The notes: generated by a model not told the origin, from the letters alone. A stretch of DNA of 64,000 bases from a bacterium (GCA_030680695.1 JAUXUT010000149.1:167801-231800), one strand, 5' to 3'. Shown: positions 10,049 through 20,515, numbered from the stretch's first letter. Made by a program: numbers and translations.

Positions 10049-10198
10049 AAGAAAGCCTTGTGATACAACATGGCGTGTATGTCCTTGAGAAAGGCCTAGC
10101 GAGCCTGACGAGGCGAGCTCGAGGAATTTTCTAGCAAGAAAATATCCGTGCCTTTCGATGGGACATACACACCATGTTGACACCATCAGGTCTTTCCT
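10049..10198 (-). ncRNA. Candidate structured non-coding RNA, family unknown
   Basis: 30-nt inverted repeat (10066-10095 with 10150-10179, 25/30 match) enclosing two small hairpins; pairing extends outward with G-U wobbles on the minus strand. Confidence 0.5.
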
Positions 10199-10205
10199 AT
10201 AGTAT
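10177..10205 (+). promoter_or_regulatory. Putative rpoB promoter
   Basis: TTGACA-17 nt-TAGTAT about 215 nt upstream of the likely rpoB start. Confidence 0.55.
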
Positions 10206-10420
10206 CAACCCCACTTCGAGCAGGATTGTGTTATGGGGGAAACACGAAGTAAATTTACAAGGATTCCAATCCTTTTCTTGCTAAAACTCGCTTAAACGAT
10301 TCTTAAACGTCATTACGGCCAACCCCTGGCCATTTTTGCGTTTTTGTCGTCTATGCGCGTCGATGGCCCGAAAGTGGGTGGAATATGGCAGATTTTGCCA
10401 GCTTTATAAGCACGCACACC

Positions 10421-13400
10421 ATGCGCACGCAGAAATATTTCGGGCGGTTCAAGGATGCCCTCGCAGAGATTCCGAATCTCGTACAGGCGCAGACCGACTC
10501 GTTCAAGTGGCTCGTAGAAAAGGGTCTCGGCGACCTTTTCAAGGAGTTTTCGCAGATTAAAGACTATTCCGAGAAGAAGTTCGAGCTCTCATTCACGGGC
10601 TTCGAACTCGGTGAACCTAAAAACGATGAGCATTTCGCCAAGGCGAACAAGCTTTCGTATGAGGCCCCCCTCAAGGTTCGTATCAAGCTTAAGAACAAAA
10701 CATTCAACAGCGAGAAAGAGCAGGAGATTTTCCTTGCTGATTTCCCGTTGATGACCGATCACGGAACATTCATCGTGAACGGAATCGAGCGCGTCGTCGT
10801 CCCTCAGCTCGCTCGATCATTCGGCGTGTTCTTCACGTCTGACGAGGTTAAGACCAAGACAGTTTTCGGCGCCAAAGTCATCCCAGCCCGTGGAGTATGG
10901 CTCGAAGTCGAGACCGATAACGACGGTACTTTGTACGCCCGCATCGACCGCAAGAGGAAGTTCATGGTGACTTCGCTTTTGCGCGTTCTTGGTGCTGACA
11001 CTGACGAAAAAATCCTCGCTTACTTCAAAGGCGATGAGTCTGCCCAGAAGGTTATTGCCGCATCGCTCGCCAAGGATACTGCCAAGACCGTTTCTGACGC
11101 ATATATAGAGATTCACAAGAGGCTCCGCGACGGTGACCTCGCGACTGCTGATAACGCACGCGAATTCATCCAGGGCCTTTTCCACAAGGACCGATACGAC
11201 CTTTCGTCTGTCGGACGATTCCGCTTTAACAAGCGTTTCGGCAAGGGTATGGACGAGAAATCGCTTGCAGAAAAGACTATAACCGCCGATGACCTCGCTA
11301 TAATTCTCGGTCACATCATCCACCTCAACAACAAGCTCGACGCTATTGAGGACGATATCGACCACCTCGGTTCTCGCCGCGTGCGATATGTTGGTGAGCT
11401 CATGCAGCAGAAGCTTCGCGTTGGTCTCTCGCAGATGAAGCGAAACATCCAGGACAGGATGTCGACCATCGAACCTGATACCACTCAACCTTTGACGTTC
11501 GTATCCCCACGACCGCTCCAGGCGCGACTCAAGGAATTCTTCACGACCAACCAGCTCTCGCAGTTCATGCAGCAGGAAAACATCCTCACTGAACTCGAGC
11601 ATCTCCGCACCCTTTCGGCTCTCGGTCCAGGCGGACTCACCCGAGAACGCGCAGGCTTCGAAGTCCGCGACGTGCATCCATCGCACTACGGACGCCTCTG
11701 CCCAATCCACACCCCTGAAGGTCCGAACATCGGACTTATCCTTCGCCTTTCGACCTATGCGCGTCTTAACGACTTCGGCATGATCGAAACGCCTTACGCT
11801 CGCGTAAAGGCAGGTAAGGTCACCAAGGAAATCGTATTCCTCAACGCTCTCGAGGAAGAGAACTACAAAATCGCCCACGCCGCGACCGAATACGACAAGG
11901 ACGGCAGGATAACTGAAGACAACGTAGAAGTTCGCCAGAACGGCAGCCCTATCATGGCTCGCCGCGATGAAGTGGACTTTATTGACGTATCGACGAACCA
12001 GGCGTTCTCGATTGCGACGAACATGATTCCGTTCCTAAACCACGATGACGCTAACCGCGCATTGATGGGTTCGAACATGCAGAAGCAGGCTACGCCTTGT
12101 ATCATTCCTGAAGCACCTCTCGTTGCCACCGGCATCGAAGCCAAGGCTGCGGAATATTCCGGACGAATCGTTCTTGCCCCAGAAGACGGTGTCATCACCG
12201 CAGTCGACGCACAGAAGGTCACGTTCAAGGGAACCAAGATAAAGGAAAAGACCTACAAACTCGTTAATTTCGAGCGAACCAACGGTTTCACCTCGTATCA
12301 CCAGCGACCAACAGTATCTCTCAATCAGAAGGTCAATAAAGGAGATGTGCTTGTAGACGCATCTTCTTCTGACGGCGGTCAGATTGCCCTCGGACAGAAC
12401 ATGCTTGTAGCGTTCATGTCTTGGTCCGGTGCAAACTACGAAGACGCAATCATCATTTCCGAGCGCGTCATAAAGAATTCCAAGTTCACATCGATCCATA
12501 TCGAAGAGTTCGTGGTAAACGTTCGTGACACCAAACTCGGACCAGAAGTCACCACACACGACATTCCAAACGTCGGCGAAGGAAAGCTCCGAAACCTCGA
12601 CGAGGACGGCGTTATCCGCATCGGTGCAGAAGTACGATCCGGCGACATACTCGTTGGAAAAATTACACCAAAGGGCGAAACCCAGCTCACACCTGAGGAA
12701 CGCCTCCTCCGATCGATCTTCGGCGAGAAAGCTCGCGATGTGAAAGACACCTCGAAACGAATGGAAGGTGGCAAGAAGGGTCGCGTCGTTTCAGTCAAAG
12801 TCTTCTCTCGAGAGAAGGGCGACAAACTCGAGTCAGGCATCATCAAGCGCATCCACGTTGAAGTTGCTCAGCTCCGAACAGTATCGGTGGGCGACAAGCT
12901 CGCAGGACGACACGGAAACAAGGGAGTTATCTCGCGAATCCTTCCAGAAGAAGATATGCCGTACATGGCTGACGGAACACCTATCGACGTCATTCTCACC
13001 CCATTGGGCGTTCCATCTCGAATGAACCTTGGACAGATTCTCGAGCTTCATCTCGGACTCGCGGCTAACACCCTCAACTATCAGGCAATCGTTCCGCCAT
13101 TCGCAGGTGCGACCGGTGATGAAATCAAACAGGAGCTCGTAAAGGCGGGTCTTCCAGAGAACGGTAAGATGACCCTCTTTGACGGACGCACTGGTGACAA
13201 ATTCCAGCAGGATATCTCGGTTGGATACATGTATATCCTCAAGTTGCATCACATGGTTGAGGACAAGATCCACATGCGATCGATTGGACCGTACAGCCTC
13301 ATTACCCAGCAACCGCTCGGCGGAAAGGCTCAGGGTGGAGGACAGAGGTTCGGAGAAATGGAAGTCTGGGCTCTCCTCGGTCACGGTGTTGCCCACACTC

Positions 13401-13597
13401 TCCGCGAAATCCTTACCATCAAGTCCGACGACATTCAGGGACGATCGGCGGCATTCGATGCCATCGTCAAGGGCGACAGACTACAACAGCCTAACCTGCC
13501 GGCATCGTTCAACGTGCTTCTTAACTCGCTTCGAGGTCTTTCGCTCGACGTAGAGCTCAGGAAGGATGGAAAGGACACTAAACCTAACAAGAATTAA
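10421..13597 (+). CDS. rpoB: RNA polymerase beta subunit
   Basis: FIVNGIERVVV, GDKLAGRHGNKG, GQRFGEMEVW; start probably 10421 (alternative 10385). Confidence 0.99.
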   Translation: MRTQKYFGRFKDALAEIPNLVQAQTDSFKWLVEKGLGDLFKEFSQIKDYSEKKFELSFTGFELGEPKNDEHFAKANKLSYEAPLKVRIKLKNKTFNSEKEQEIFLADFPLMTDHGTFIVNGIERVVVPQLARSFGVFFTSDEVKTKTVFGAKVIPARGVWLEVETDNDGTLYARIDRKRKFMVTSLLRVLGADTDEKILAYFKGDESAQKVIAASLAKDTAKTVSDAYIEIHKRLRDGDLATADNAREFIQGLFHKDRYDLSSVGRFRFNKRFGKGMDEKSLAEKTITADDLAIILGHIIHLNNKLDAIEDDIDHLGSRRVRYVGELMQQKLRVGLSQMKRNIQDRMSTIEPDTTQPLTFVSPRPLQARLKEFFTTNQLSQFMQQENILTELEHLRTLSALGPGGLTRERAGFEVRDVHPSHYGRLCPIHTPEGPNIGLILRLSTYARLNDFGMIETPYARVKAGKVTKEIVFLNALEEENYKIAHAATEYDKDGRITEDNVEVRQNGSPIMARRDEVDFIDVSTNQAFSIATNMIPFLNHDDANRALMGSNMQKQATPCIIPEAPLVATGIEAKAAEYSGRIVLAPEDGVITAVDAQKVTFKGTKIKEKTYKLVNFERTNGFTSYHQRPTVSLNQKVNKGDVLVDASSSDGGQIALGQNMLVAFMSWSGANYEDAIIISERVIKNSKFTSIHIEEFVVNVRDTKLGPEVTTHDIPNVGEGKLRNLDEDGVIRIGAEVRSGDILVGKITPKGETQLTPEERLLRSIFGEKARDVKDTSKRMEGGKKGRVVSVKVFSREKGDKLESGIIKRIHVEVAQLRTVSVGDKLAGRHGNKGVISRILPEEDMPYMADGTPIDVILTPLGVPSRMNLGQILELHLGLAANTLNYQAIVPPFAGATGDEIKQELVKAGLPENGKMTLFDGRTGDKFQQDISVGYMYILKLHHMVEDKIHMRSIGPYSLITQQPLGGKAQGGGQRFGEMEVWALLGHGVAHTLREILTIKSDDIQGRSAAFDAIVKGDRLQQPNLPASFNVLLNSLRGLSLDVELRKDGKDTKPNKN

Positions 13598-13598
13598 T

Positions 13599-16500
13599 AT
13601 GGCATACGTACCAAAGAACAGGGGTGGCGAGTTCACCGACTTCGATACGGTAGCCCTCCGCATCGCATCGCCAGAGCGCATTAAGGAATGGTCGTTCGGC
13701 GAGGTCACGAAGCCAGAGACTATCAACTATCGAACCCAGCGTTCCGAAAAGAACGGCCTCTTCGACGAGAAAATCTTCGGCCCGGACAAGGACTTCGAAT
13801 GTTACTGCGGAAAGTACCGCGGCATCAGGTATAAGGGAATCGTTTGCGAGAAGTGCGGGGTCGAGATAACTCGATCAATCGTACGGCGCGAGCGCATGGG
13901 CCATATCGAGCTTTCAAGCCCGGTATCGCACATCTGGTTCCTCCGATCGATGCCTTCGCGCCTCGGTCTCATCCTTGGCATGACGACGGCAGACCTTGAA
14001 AAGGTCATTTACTTCGCAGGATATATCATCACAGCGGTATCTGAATCTGCTCGTAATGAAATCATGCGCGACCTCGAGTCAGAGTTCAAAGCAAAGTCCA
14101 AGTCTATTCAGGACGAGAAGACCAAGGAAGCCCTCAAGAACATGTACCAGGGCGCCAAGAAGGAAATTGATGGCATACAGCAAGGGGCGGTTCTCGACGA
14201 GCTCGAATACGGCAAGTTCTCGATGAAGTACTCGACTTTGTTCGAGGCAGGCATTGGTGCGGAAGCAATCTACAATATCTGCAAGAACATTGACCTCAAG
14301 AAGCTTGAAGCAGAGCTTTCGACGAGCCTCGAAAAGGCCGGTGCACTTGAAAGCGAGAAGCTCAACCGACGTCTTTCAGTGGTCCGTGCGATGATCAAGT
14401 CTCAGATTCGTCCAGAATGGATGTTCCTTTCACGAATCCCAGTTATCCCACCAGCTCTACGTCCTATGGTTCCGTTGGACGGCGGACGATACGCAACATC
14501 TGACGTGAACGATCTTTATCGACGCGTCATCAACCGAAACAACCGACTTCAGAAGCTCAAGGAAATCAATGCGCCTGACGTCATCCTTCGAAACGAGAAG
14601 CGTATCCTTCAGGAAGCAGTAGACGCCCTCATCGACAACTCGATTCGACACGGAAATTCGACCACTCAGGCAGGTTCGCTCGCATCAAAGCGCGCGCTCA
14701 AGTCGCTCGCCGACAACCTCAAGGGTAAGCGAGGACTTCTTCGAGGAAACCTTCTCGGAAAGCGTGTCGACTATTCGGGACGATCGGTTATCGTTGTTGG
14801 TCCAGACCTTCCACTCGACATGTGTGGACTTCCAAAGCACATGGCATTGGAACTCTTCAAGCCATTCGTTATTTCGGAACTTCTCCGAACCGAGCTCGCA
14901 TACAACATCCGCGGAGCGTCGCGCCTCATCGAGGACGGCATTCCAGAGGTGTGGGCTATTCTCGAAAAGGTGATTGAAGGTAAGTATGTGCTCCTCAACC
15001 GAGCGCCTACACTCCACCGACTCGGTATTCAGGCCTTCCGACCAAAACTCATTGAAGGAAACGCTATCCAGGTTCACCCACTCGTATGTACTGCGTTCAA
15101 CGCGGACTTCGACGGAGACCAGATGGCAGTTCACGTACCGCTTTCTCCAGAGGCCCAGAAAGAGGCAAAGGAGATTATGGCCTCAGACAAGAACATCCTC
15201 AAACCTGGTTCAGGCGACCCTACGCTTGCCTCTAAGATGCTCGACATCATTCTCGGTGTGTATTGGATGACCAAGAATGTGAAAGGCGAGCTCGGTGAAG
15301 GAAAGGTATTCGAATCTCCTGAGGCTGCAATACTTGCGACTGATTTCGGTGTTGTGTCTTTCAGGGCGACAGTAAAGGTCCTTGCTCCTAATACGCCTAA
15401 GTTTGCGGAATTCGGTGGCAAAATCTTCGAGACCACCATCGGCCGACTCCTCTTTAACGAGGTTCTTCCGGCGGAATATCCGTTCATCAACAAGGAAGTC
15501 GAACGAAAGGCAATGTCAGTCGTGATAGATGACCTCGTGGTTCGATACGGTGTAGACAGCGTTCCTGCGGTACTTGATCGCGTCAAAAACTTCGGCTTCA
15601 AGTACGCGACATATTCAGGTGTTACCTGGGGTATCGACGATGTTCAGACACCTGCAGGCAAGACTAATGTTGTCGACAAGGCCAAGGCGGAGTCCGCAAC
15701 GGTCAGTGGCCAGTTCAACGACGGTCTTCTTTCCGAAGACGAGCGTGTACGAAAGAACGTGGAGATTTGGCACAAGGCCAAGTCTGATATCGAGAAGCTT
15801 ATCCCTGGTTCTCTTGATGTGAACGGACCGGTTAACGACATGGTTAAGTCCGGAGCTCGAGGATCCATCGGTAACATCACCCAGATGGTGGGTATGAAGG
15901 GCCTCATCACCAACACAGCAGGCGAGACCATCGAGTTCCCGATTATTTCGGGCATGAAAGACGGTCTTACCCCGATTGAGTACTTCATCACAACCCACGG
16001 AGCTCGAAAGGGTCTCACAGACACCGCTCTTAACACGGCGCGTGCCGGATACCTTACTCGAAGGCTCTTCGATGTTGCGCAGGACGTGATGATCACAGAG
16101 GAAGATTGTGGAACCAAAGACGTAATCCACATCAAAAAGGAAAGCGCATTGGGTATCGAAGTTTCTATCGCCAAGAATATCCGCGGACGAGTGCTTGCGG
16201 AAGACGTAAAGTCAGCAGATGGCAAGGTATCGTTCAAGAAAGGAGTTATCCTCTCCAAGCAGGATGCTGCAGCTATCGAGGCAGCAGGTATCACAGAGGT
16301 GTCGGTACGAAGCCCTCTGGCATGTAAGACTCTTCACGGCGTCTGTCAGCAGTGCTATGGAATCGACCTTGGAAAGAATCACCTCATTGACGTTGGCGAG
16401 GCGGTTGGAACCGTCGCCGCACAGGCGATCGGTGAGCCAGGTACACAGCTTACTATGCGTACCTTCCACGCGGGAGGAACAGCATCGGTCGGTGGAGACA

Positions 16501-17285
16501 TCACGGCCGGACTTCCTCGAGTTGAAGAGGTCTTCGAGAAACGACGTCCAAAGAATCCTGCGGTCATCGCAACTGTTTCTGGAACCGTTACATCCATAAA
16601 GGATCACGGCAAAGAGAAGACCATATCGGTCATCCCAGACCTTGAAGACAAGGGCAAAACCAAGAAGGGTGCTGCAGAAATCGAGTACACATTCAGCTTT
16701 AGGCGAATGCCGCTCGTTAAGGCTGGCGATAAGATTCAGAAAGGTCAGTTCCTCACCGACGGATCTGCGGACATCGACGAGGTGTTCGAGTACGGAGGCA
16801 GGGAGCGTGCGATGGAATACATTATTCACGAAATCGGTAAGATTTACGAGCTTCAGGGAGAAACCGTGTCCCGAAAGCATATCGAAATCATCGTCAAGCA
16901 GATGTTTTCGCGACAGCGCATCACAGATGCTGGCGATACCAAGTACTCGATGGATGACGTTGCTAACGGATTCGATGTTCGAACCGAGAACGATAAGGCT
17001 AAGGAGGCAGGAAAGACGATTGCTACTTCAGAATCTGTTGTGATGGGAATCACAGAAGTGTCGCTCTCGCGCCAGTCGTTCCTTTCAGCAGCATCGTTCC
17101 AGCACACGACCAGGATCTTCATCTCGGCCGCTATTCGCGGAACCGAAGACAAGCTTTCTGGCCTCAAAGAAAACGTTATCATCGGTCGCCTCATCCCAGC
17201 AGGAACTGGATATAAGGGCAGCAAGAAGCATGCGATGATAGAGAAAGTGTCGGAGAGGGATACAAGGGAACAGTACGACCTCTAA
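13599..17285 (+). CDS. rpoC: RNA polymerase beta' subunit
   Basis: NADFDGD catalytic motif, CYCGKY...CEKC Zn finger, GEPGTQLTMRTFH; ATG 1 nt after the rpoB stop. Confidence 0.99.
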   Translation: MAYVPKNRGGEFTDFDTVALRIASPERIKEWSFGEVTKPETINYRTQRSEKNGLFDEKIFGPDKDFECYCGKYRGIRYKGIVCEKCGVEITRSIVRRERMGHIELSSPVSHIWFLRSMPSRLGLILGMTTADLEKVIYFAGYIITAVSESARNEIMRDLESEFKAKSKSIQDEKTKEALKNMYQGAKKEIDGIQQGAVLDELEYGKFSMKYSTLFEAGIGAEAIYNICKNIDLKKLEAELSTSLEKAGALESEKLNRRLSVVRAMIKSQIRPEWMFLSRIPVIPPALRPMVPLDGGRYATSDVNDLYRRVINRNNRLQKLKEINAPDVILRNEKRILQEAVDALIDNSIRHGNSTTQAGSLASKRALKSLADNLKGKRGLLRGNLLGKRVDYSGRSVIVVGPDLPLDMCGLPKHMALELFKPFVISELLRTELAYNIRGASRLIEDGIPEVWAILEKVIEGKYVLLNRAPTLHRLGIQAFRPKLIEGNAIQVHPLVCTAFNADFDGDQMAVHVPLSPEAQKEAKEIMASDKNILKPGSGDPTLASKMLDIILGVYWMTKNVKGELGEGKVFESPEAAILATDFGVVSFRATVKVLAPNTPKFAEFGGKIFETTIGRLLFNEVLPAEYPFINKEVERKAMSVVIDDLVVRYGVDSVPAVLDRVKNFGFKYATYSGVTWGIDDVQTPAGKTNVVDKAKAESATVSGQFNDGLLSEDERVRKNVEIWHKAKSDIEKLIPGSLDVNGPVNDMVKSGARGSIGNITQMVGMKGLITNTAGETIEFPIISGMKDGLTPIEYFITTHGARKGLTDTALNTARAGYLTRRLFDVAQDVMITEEDCGTKDVIHIKKESALGIEVSIAKNIRGRVLAEDVKSADGKVSFKKGVILSKQDAAAIEAAGITEVSVRSPLACKTLHGVCQQCYGIDLGKNHLIDVGEAVGTVAAQAIGEPGTQLTMRTFHAGGTASVGGDITAGLPRVEEVFEKRRPKNPAVIATVSGTVTSIKDHGKEKTISVIPDLEDKGKTKKGAAEIEYTFSFRRMPLVKAGDKIQKGQFLTDGSADIDEVFEYGGRERAMEYIIHEIGKIYELQGETVSRKHIEIIVKQMFSRQRITDAGDTKYSMDDVANGFDVRTENDKAKEAGKTIATSESVVMGITEVSLSRQSFLSAASFQHTTRIFISAAIRGTEDKLSGLKENVIIGRLIPAGTGYKGSKKHAMIEKVSERDTREQYDL

Positions 17286-17306
17286 TCGCGCGCAAGCGCA
17301 AAAACA

Positions 17307-19079
17307 ATGGCAACCAGCCATGTAGAAGAGATAAAGGAGCGCCTCAAGGTAGAGGATGTAGTGGCCTCCTATATAAAGCTCGACAAATCGGGCGCCAATT
17401 TCAAGGCCCGGTGTCCTTTCCACAACGAAAAGACGCCGTCCTTCTACGTGTCTCCAGATCGCGGCTCGTTCTATTGCTTCGGATGCCAAGCCAAGGGAGA
17501 CATATTCACCTTTGTCGAAAAGTTCGAGGGCCTAGATTTCATGGGTGCTTTGAAAGTGCTCGCAGAAAGGGCTGGTGTACAGTTGGATCGCCGTGCAGCG
17601 CAAAAAGATAACCGAAAGGAAGCGCTGTACCAGATAATGGAGGACGCAGCTGTGTTCTATGAAGCAGAGCTCGCGGCGTCGGAAACAGCCAAAACATATA
17701 TTGCTGGACGTGGCCTCACAGACAAGACTGTAGCGGATTTCCGTGTCGGGTTCGCGGCTGACGAATGGAGGTCTCTGCGCAATCATCTGAAGGGCAAAGG
17801 TCATTCGGATGCGGATGTCGAGGCGGTCGGGCTTGTTAAAAAGTCCGAGAAGGCAGGCGGATCGAGTAACGACCCGTATTACGACACCTTCAGGAACCGA
17901 ATCATATTCCCGATCGCAGATTCATCTGGTCGCGTTGTGGCCTTCACAGGTCGCACTCTCGACGAGGCAAGCAATCCGCCGAAGTACCTCAACAGCCCAG
18001 AGACAGTTCTGTTTACGAAGTCCAAGGTTTTGTTCGCCCTCGACCGGGCAAAAATGGACGTGCGCAAGCGAGGCTACGCGATCATCGTCGAAGGGCAAAT
18101 GGACGCAGTTATGCTCCATCAGGCCGGATACACGAACACGGTGGCGGCTTCTGGTACGGCCTTTGTTGACGATGTTAGTGATGATTCGGCATTCAACTTG
18201 CTCACCAGACTTTCCGACAATATAGTGGTCGCGTTCGACTCTGATTCAGCAGGACAAAAAGCAGTTCGCCGCATTGTTCCGGCGATTTCCCTTGGCATGA
18301 ACGTGAAGATTGTTGATGTGAAGGGAGGTAAGGATCCCGCAGACATTGTAAAATCCGACCCTGCGGCGTGGCATGCGCTCCTTGAAGGCAAAAAGGATTT
18401 CGTGGATTATCTCGTAGATACTTTGGTTGACGCCAAGGCGAGCCCAGCCGAGGTATCACGTCTCGTCCGTCAGGATATATTCCCGTATCTTGCCGCAATC
18501 CCACAGGAAACCCCGCGATACCAGGCGGTACGCAGGGTCGCTGATCGGCTCGCGATATCAGAAGATGCACTATGGAAGGACTTTGGTGCATATGTCGCCG
18601 CCCAAAAGACTGCGGACAGGACGGGTATACCAGCAGGGCAGTCAGGTGGTTCAGCGCAGGCCGGCAAGAAAGGAATTGCTCGCCTTGAGGCGATTGAACG
18701 GAAAGCGCTCGGGCTGCTCCATTCGAAATCACACCTCAAAGGCGATGCGGTTCGAAAGTCCGAGCTTGCGGCAGTAGTAGGCGAGAAGAGGATGTTGGAA
18801 TTCGAAGCCCTCTCGCCAGAAAGTATTGCCGAGCTCACCCTGGAAGCCGAGATAACCTTTCCTGCCGACGACGAAAAGCGTAGCAGTGAGCGCGAGTATA
18901 AGATTCTCCTGCTTTATCTCGAGGAAGAGATGCTCAGGAAGTCGCTCGAAGATATGATGGGAGCGATTCACAGGCACGAGAAGGGTAAGGACGAGACAGC
19001 GACGAGGCAGGCGATGGAAGGAATCCAGAAAGCGACGGAAAGGATGCAGGAAATAAAAAAGCAAATAACTTTGGTATAA
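17307..19079 (+). CDS. dnaG: DNA primase
   Basis: CPFHNEKTPSF...CFGC Zn-binding domain, PKYLNSPET, TOPRIM EGQMD and FDSDSAG. Confidence 0.97.
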   Translation: MATSHVEEIKERLKVEDVVASYIKLDKSGANFKARCPFHNEKTPSFYVSPDRGSFYCFGCQAKGDIFTFVEKFEGLDFMGALKVLAERAGVQLDRRAAQKDNRKEALYQIMEDAAVFYEAELAASETAKTYIAGRGLTDKTVADFRVGFAADEWRSLRNHLKGKGHSDADVEAVGLVKKSEKAGGSSNDPYYDTFRNRIIFPIADSSGRVVAFTGRTLDEASNPPKYLNSPETVLFTKSKVLFALDRAKMDVRKRGYAIIVEGQMDAVMLHQAGYTNTVAASGTAFVDDVSDDSAFNLLTRLSDNIVVAFDSDSAGQKAVRRIVPAISLGMNVKIVDVKGGKDPADIVKSDPAAWHALLEGKKDFVDYLVDTLVDAKASPAEVSRLVRQDIFPYLAAIPQETPRYQAVRRVADRLAISEDALWKDFGAYVAAQKTADRTGIPAGQSGGSAQAGKKGIARLEAIERKALGLLHSKSHLKGDAVRKSELAAVVGEKRMLEFEALSPESIAELTLEAEITFPADDEKRSSEREYKILLLYLEEEMLRKSLEDMMGAIHRHEKGKDETATRQAMEGIQKATERMQEIKKQITLV

Positions 19080-19093
19080 TAAAGCCCACATAA

Positions 19094-20302
19094 ATGGCAA
19101 AGAAGGACATCAAAAAATCAAAAAAGGGTGCTAAGGGAGCGGCGAAAAAGCCGTCTCCGAAGAAAGTACCAAAGAAGGCCAAGGCAGCTCCGCTCTCGCC
19201 TAAGATGAAGAAGCTGAAGGATAAGGCGAGGGAGGCTAATCACAAGGCCGACAAGCTTGTCCACAAAGGCAAAGAACGCGGTTTCATAACATACGACGAG
19301 ATTCTCAAGGAATTTCCTAATATCGAGAACGATATTATTTTTCTCGACGATTTGTATACGCGCCTCGCAGGTGCAGGTATCGACGTCCTTGAATCTGGCG
19401 GAATGCTTGACCTCGAGCCAGAGAAAGATTCTCATGGCAAGAAATACGGCCTCGGCCGATCAGGTGAAGGTTCGTACGATTCGATTCAGATGTACCTCAA
19501 GGAAATCGGTCAGTATCCGCTCGTCCCTGCATCCATGGAAAAAGAACTCGCAAGGAGAATCGAGTCCGGCGACGATGAGGCAAAAAATTTGCTCGCAAAG
19601 GCAAACCTGCGCCTCGTGGTTTCGATTGCCAAGAAATACGTTGGCCGATCGGCAGACCTCACATTGCTCGACCTTATTCAGGAAGGAAATCTCGGTCTTT
19701 TCAAGGCCGTAGACAAATTCGACTGGACCAAAGGTTTCAAGTTCTCTACATACGCAACATGGTGGATTCGCCAGGCCATCACTCGCGCCCTCGCAGACCA
19801 ATCGCGAACGATTCGCGTTCCCGTGCACATGGTTGAAACCATCGCCAAATATAAACAAGTTGTACGCCGCTTGTCTCAGGACCTCGGTCGCGACCCATTG
19901 CCAGACGAAATCGCCGTCGAGATGGGACTTGAAGTCGAAAAGGTATATCAGATCGAGAAAATTGATCAGGATACTGTTTCTCTTGAATCACCGGTAGGCG
20001 ATGAGGATGACGGCAAGTCGTCTCTCGGCGACTTCCTCTCGGACGACAAGATACTTTCGCCGGATCAGGAATCGTCACGACGCATTCTTTCAGATCAGGT
20101 GAAGGGCATCCTCGACGATCTCTCGCCAAAGGAACGCAAGATTTTGGAAATGCGCCACGGATTGAACGACGGCATCACCCACACCCTCGAGGAAGTGGGC
20201 AAGGAGTTCGGCGTCACCCGTGAACGTATTCGCCAGATCGAGGCCAAGGCGCATGAGAAAATTCGTCAGCACGAGAAAATCAATCAATTGAAGAACTATT
20301 AA
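19094..20302 (+). CDS. rpoD: Primary sigma factor
   Basis: Region 1.1, [45 protein letters not shown]. Confidence 0.97.
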   Translation: MAKKDIKKSKKGAKGAAKKPSPKKVPKKAKAAPLSPKMKKLKDKAREANHKADKLVHKGKERGFITYDEILKEFPNIENDIIFLDDLYTRLAGAGIDVLESGGMLDLEPEKDSHGKKYGLGRSGEGSYDSIQMYLKEIGQYPLVPASMEKELARRIESGDDEAKNLLAKANLRLVVSIAKKYVGRSADLTLLDLIQEGNLGLFKAVDKFDWTKGFKFSTYATWWIRQAITRALADQSRTIRVPVHMVETIAKYKQVVRRLSQDLGRDPLPDEIAVEMGLEVEKVYQIEKIDQDTVSLESPVGDEDDGKSSLGDFLSDDKILSPDQESSRRILSDQVKGILDDLSPKERKILEMRHGLNDGITHTLEEVGKEFGVTRERIRQIEAKAHEKIRQHEKINQLKNY

Positions 20303-20326
20303 TCGGCATTAGGCATTGTAAGCTAA

Positions 20327-20368
20327 GTCCGCCAAAAAACCGCCAAGAATGGCGGTTTTTTGGCGGAC
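20327..20368. terminator. 19-bp perfect inverted repeat after rpoD (terminator or REP-like)
   Basis: GTCCGCCAAAAAACCGCCA-AGAA-TGGCGGTTTTTTGGCGGAC. Confidence 0.75.
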
Positions 20369-20391
20369 GAAATATGGTGGGGTAATGCTAC

Positions 20392-20421
20392 TTGACAAAA
20401 TGGTATACTAGGGTGTATAAT
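20392..20421 (+). promoter_or_regulatory. Consensus sigma70 promoter with no ORF before the next terminator
   Basis: TTGACA-18 nt-TATAAT. Confidence 0.75.
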
Positions 20422-20445
20422 ATAGAGATAGTTAGTAACTTTATT

Positions 20446-20475
20446 AAGTCCCGCCGTACGGCGGGACTTTTTCTT
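20446..20475 (+). terminator. Intrinsic terminator
   Basis: AAGTCCCGCC-GTAC-GGCGGGACTT plus TTTCTT. Confidence 0.85.
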
Positions 20476-20515
20476 GTCAGCGCGCCAATTTCGAATATTT
20501 TGCTATACTGACCAC

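Noticed and set aside
10049-10198. The hairpin as SRP (4.5S) RNA
   Set aside because: The conserved helix-8 motif (CAGG...GGAA...AGCAG) is absent on both strands.
10804-17489. Long antisense and alternate-frame ORFs inside rpoB/rpoC (e.g. 10817-11878, 353 aa)
   Set aside because: Shadow ORFs caused by biased codon usage in the real genes; no recognisable motifs. The same applies to those in uvrB, leuS and others.
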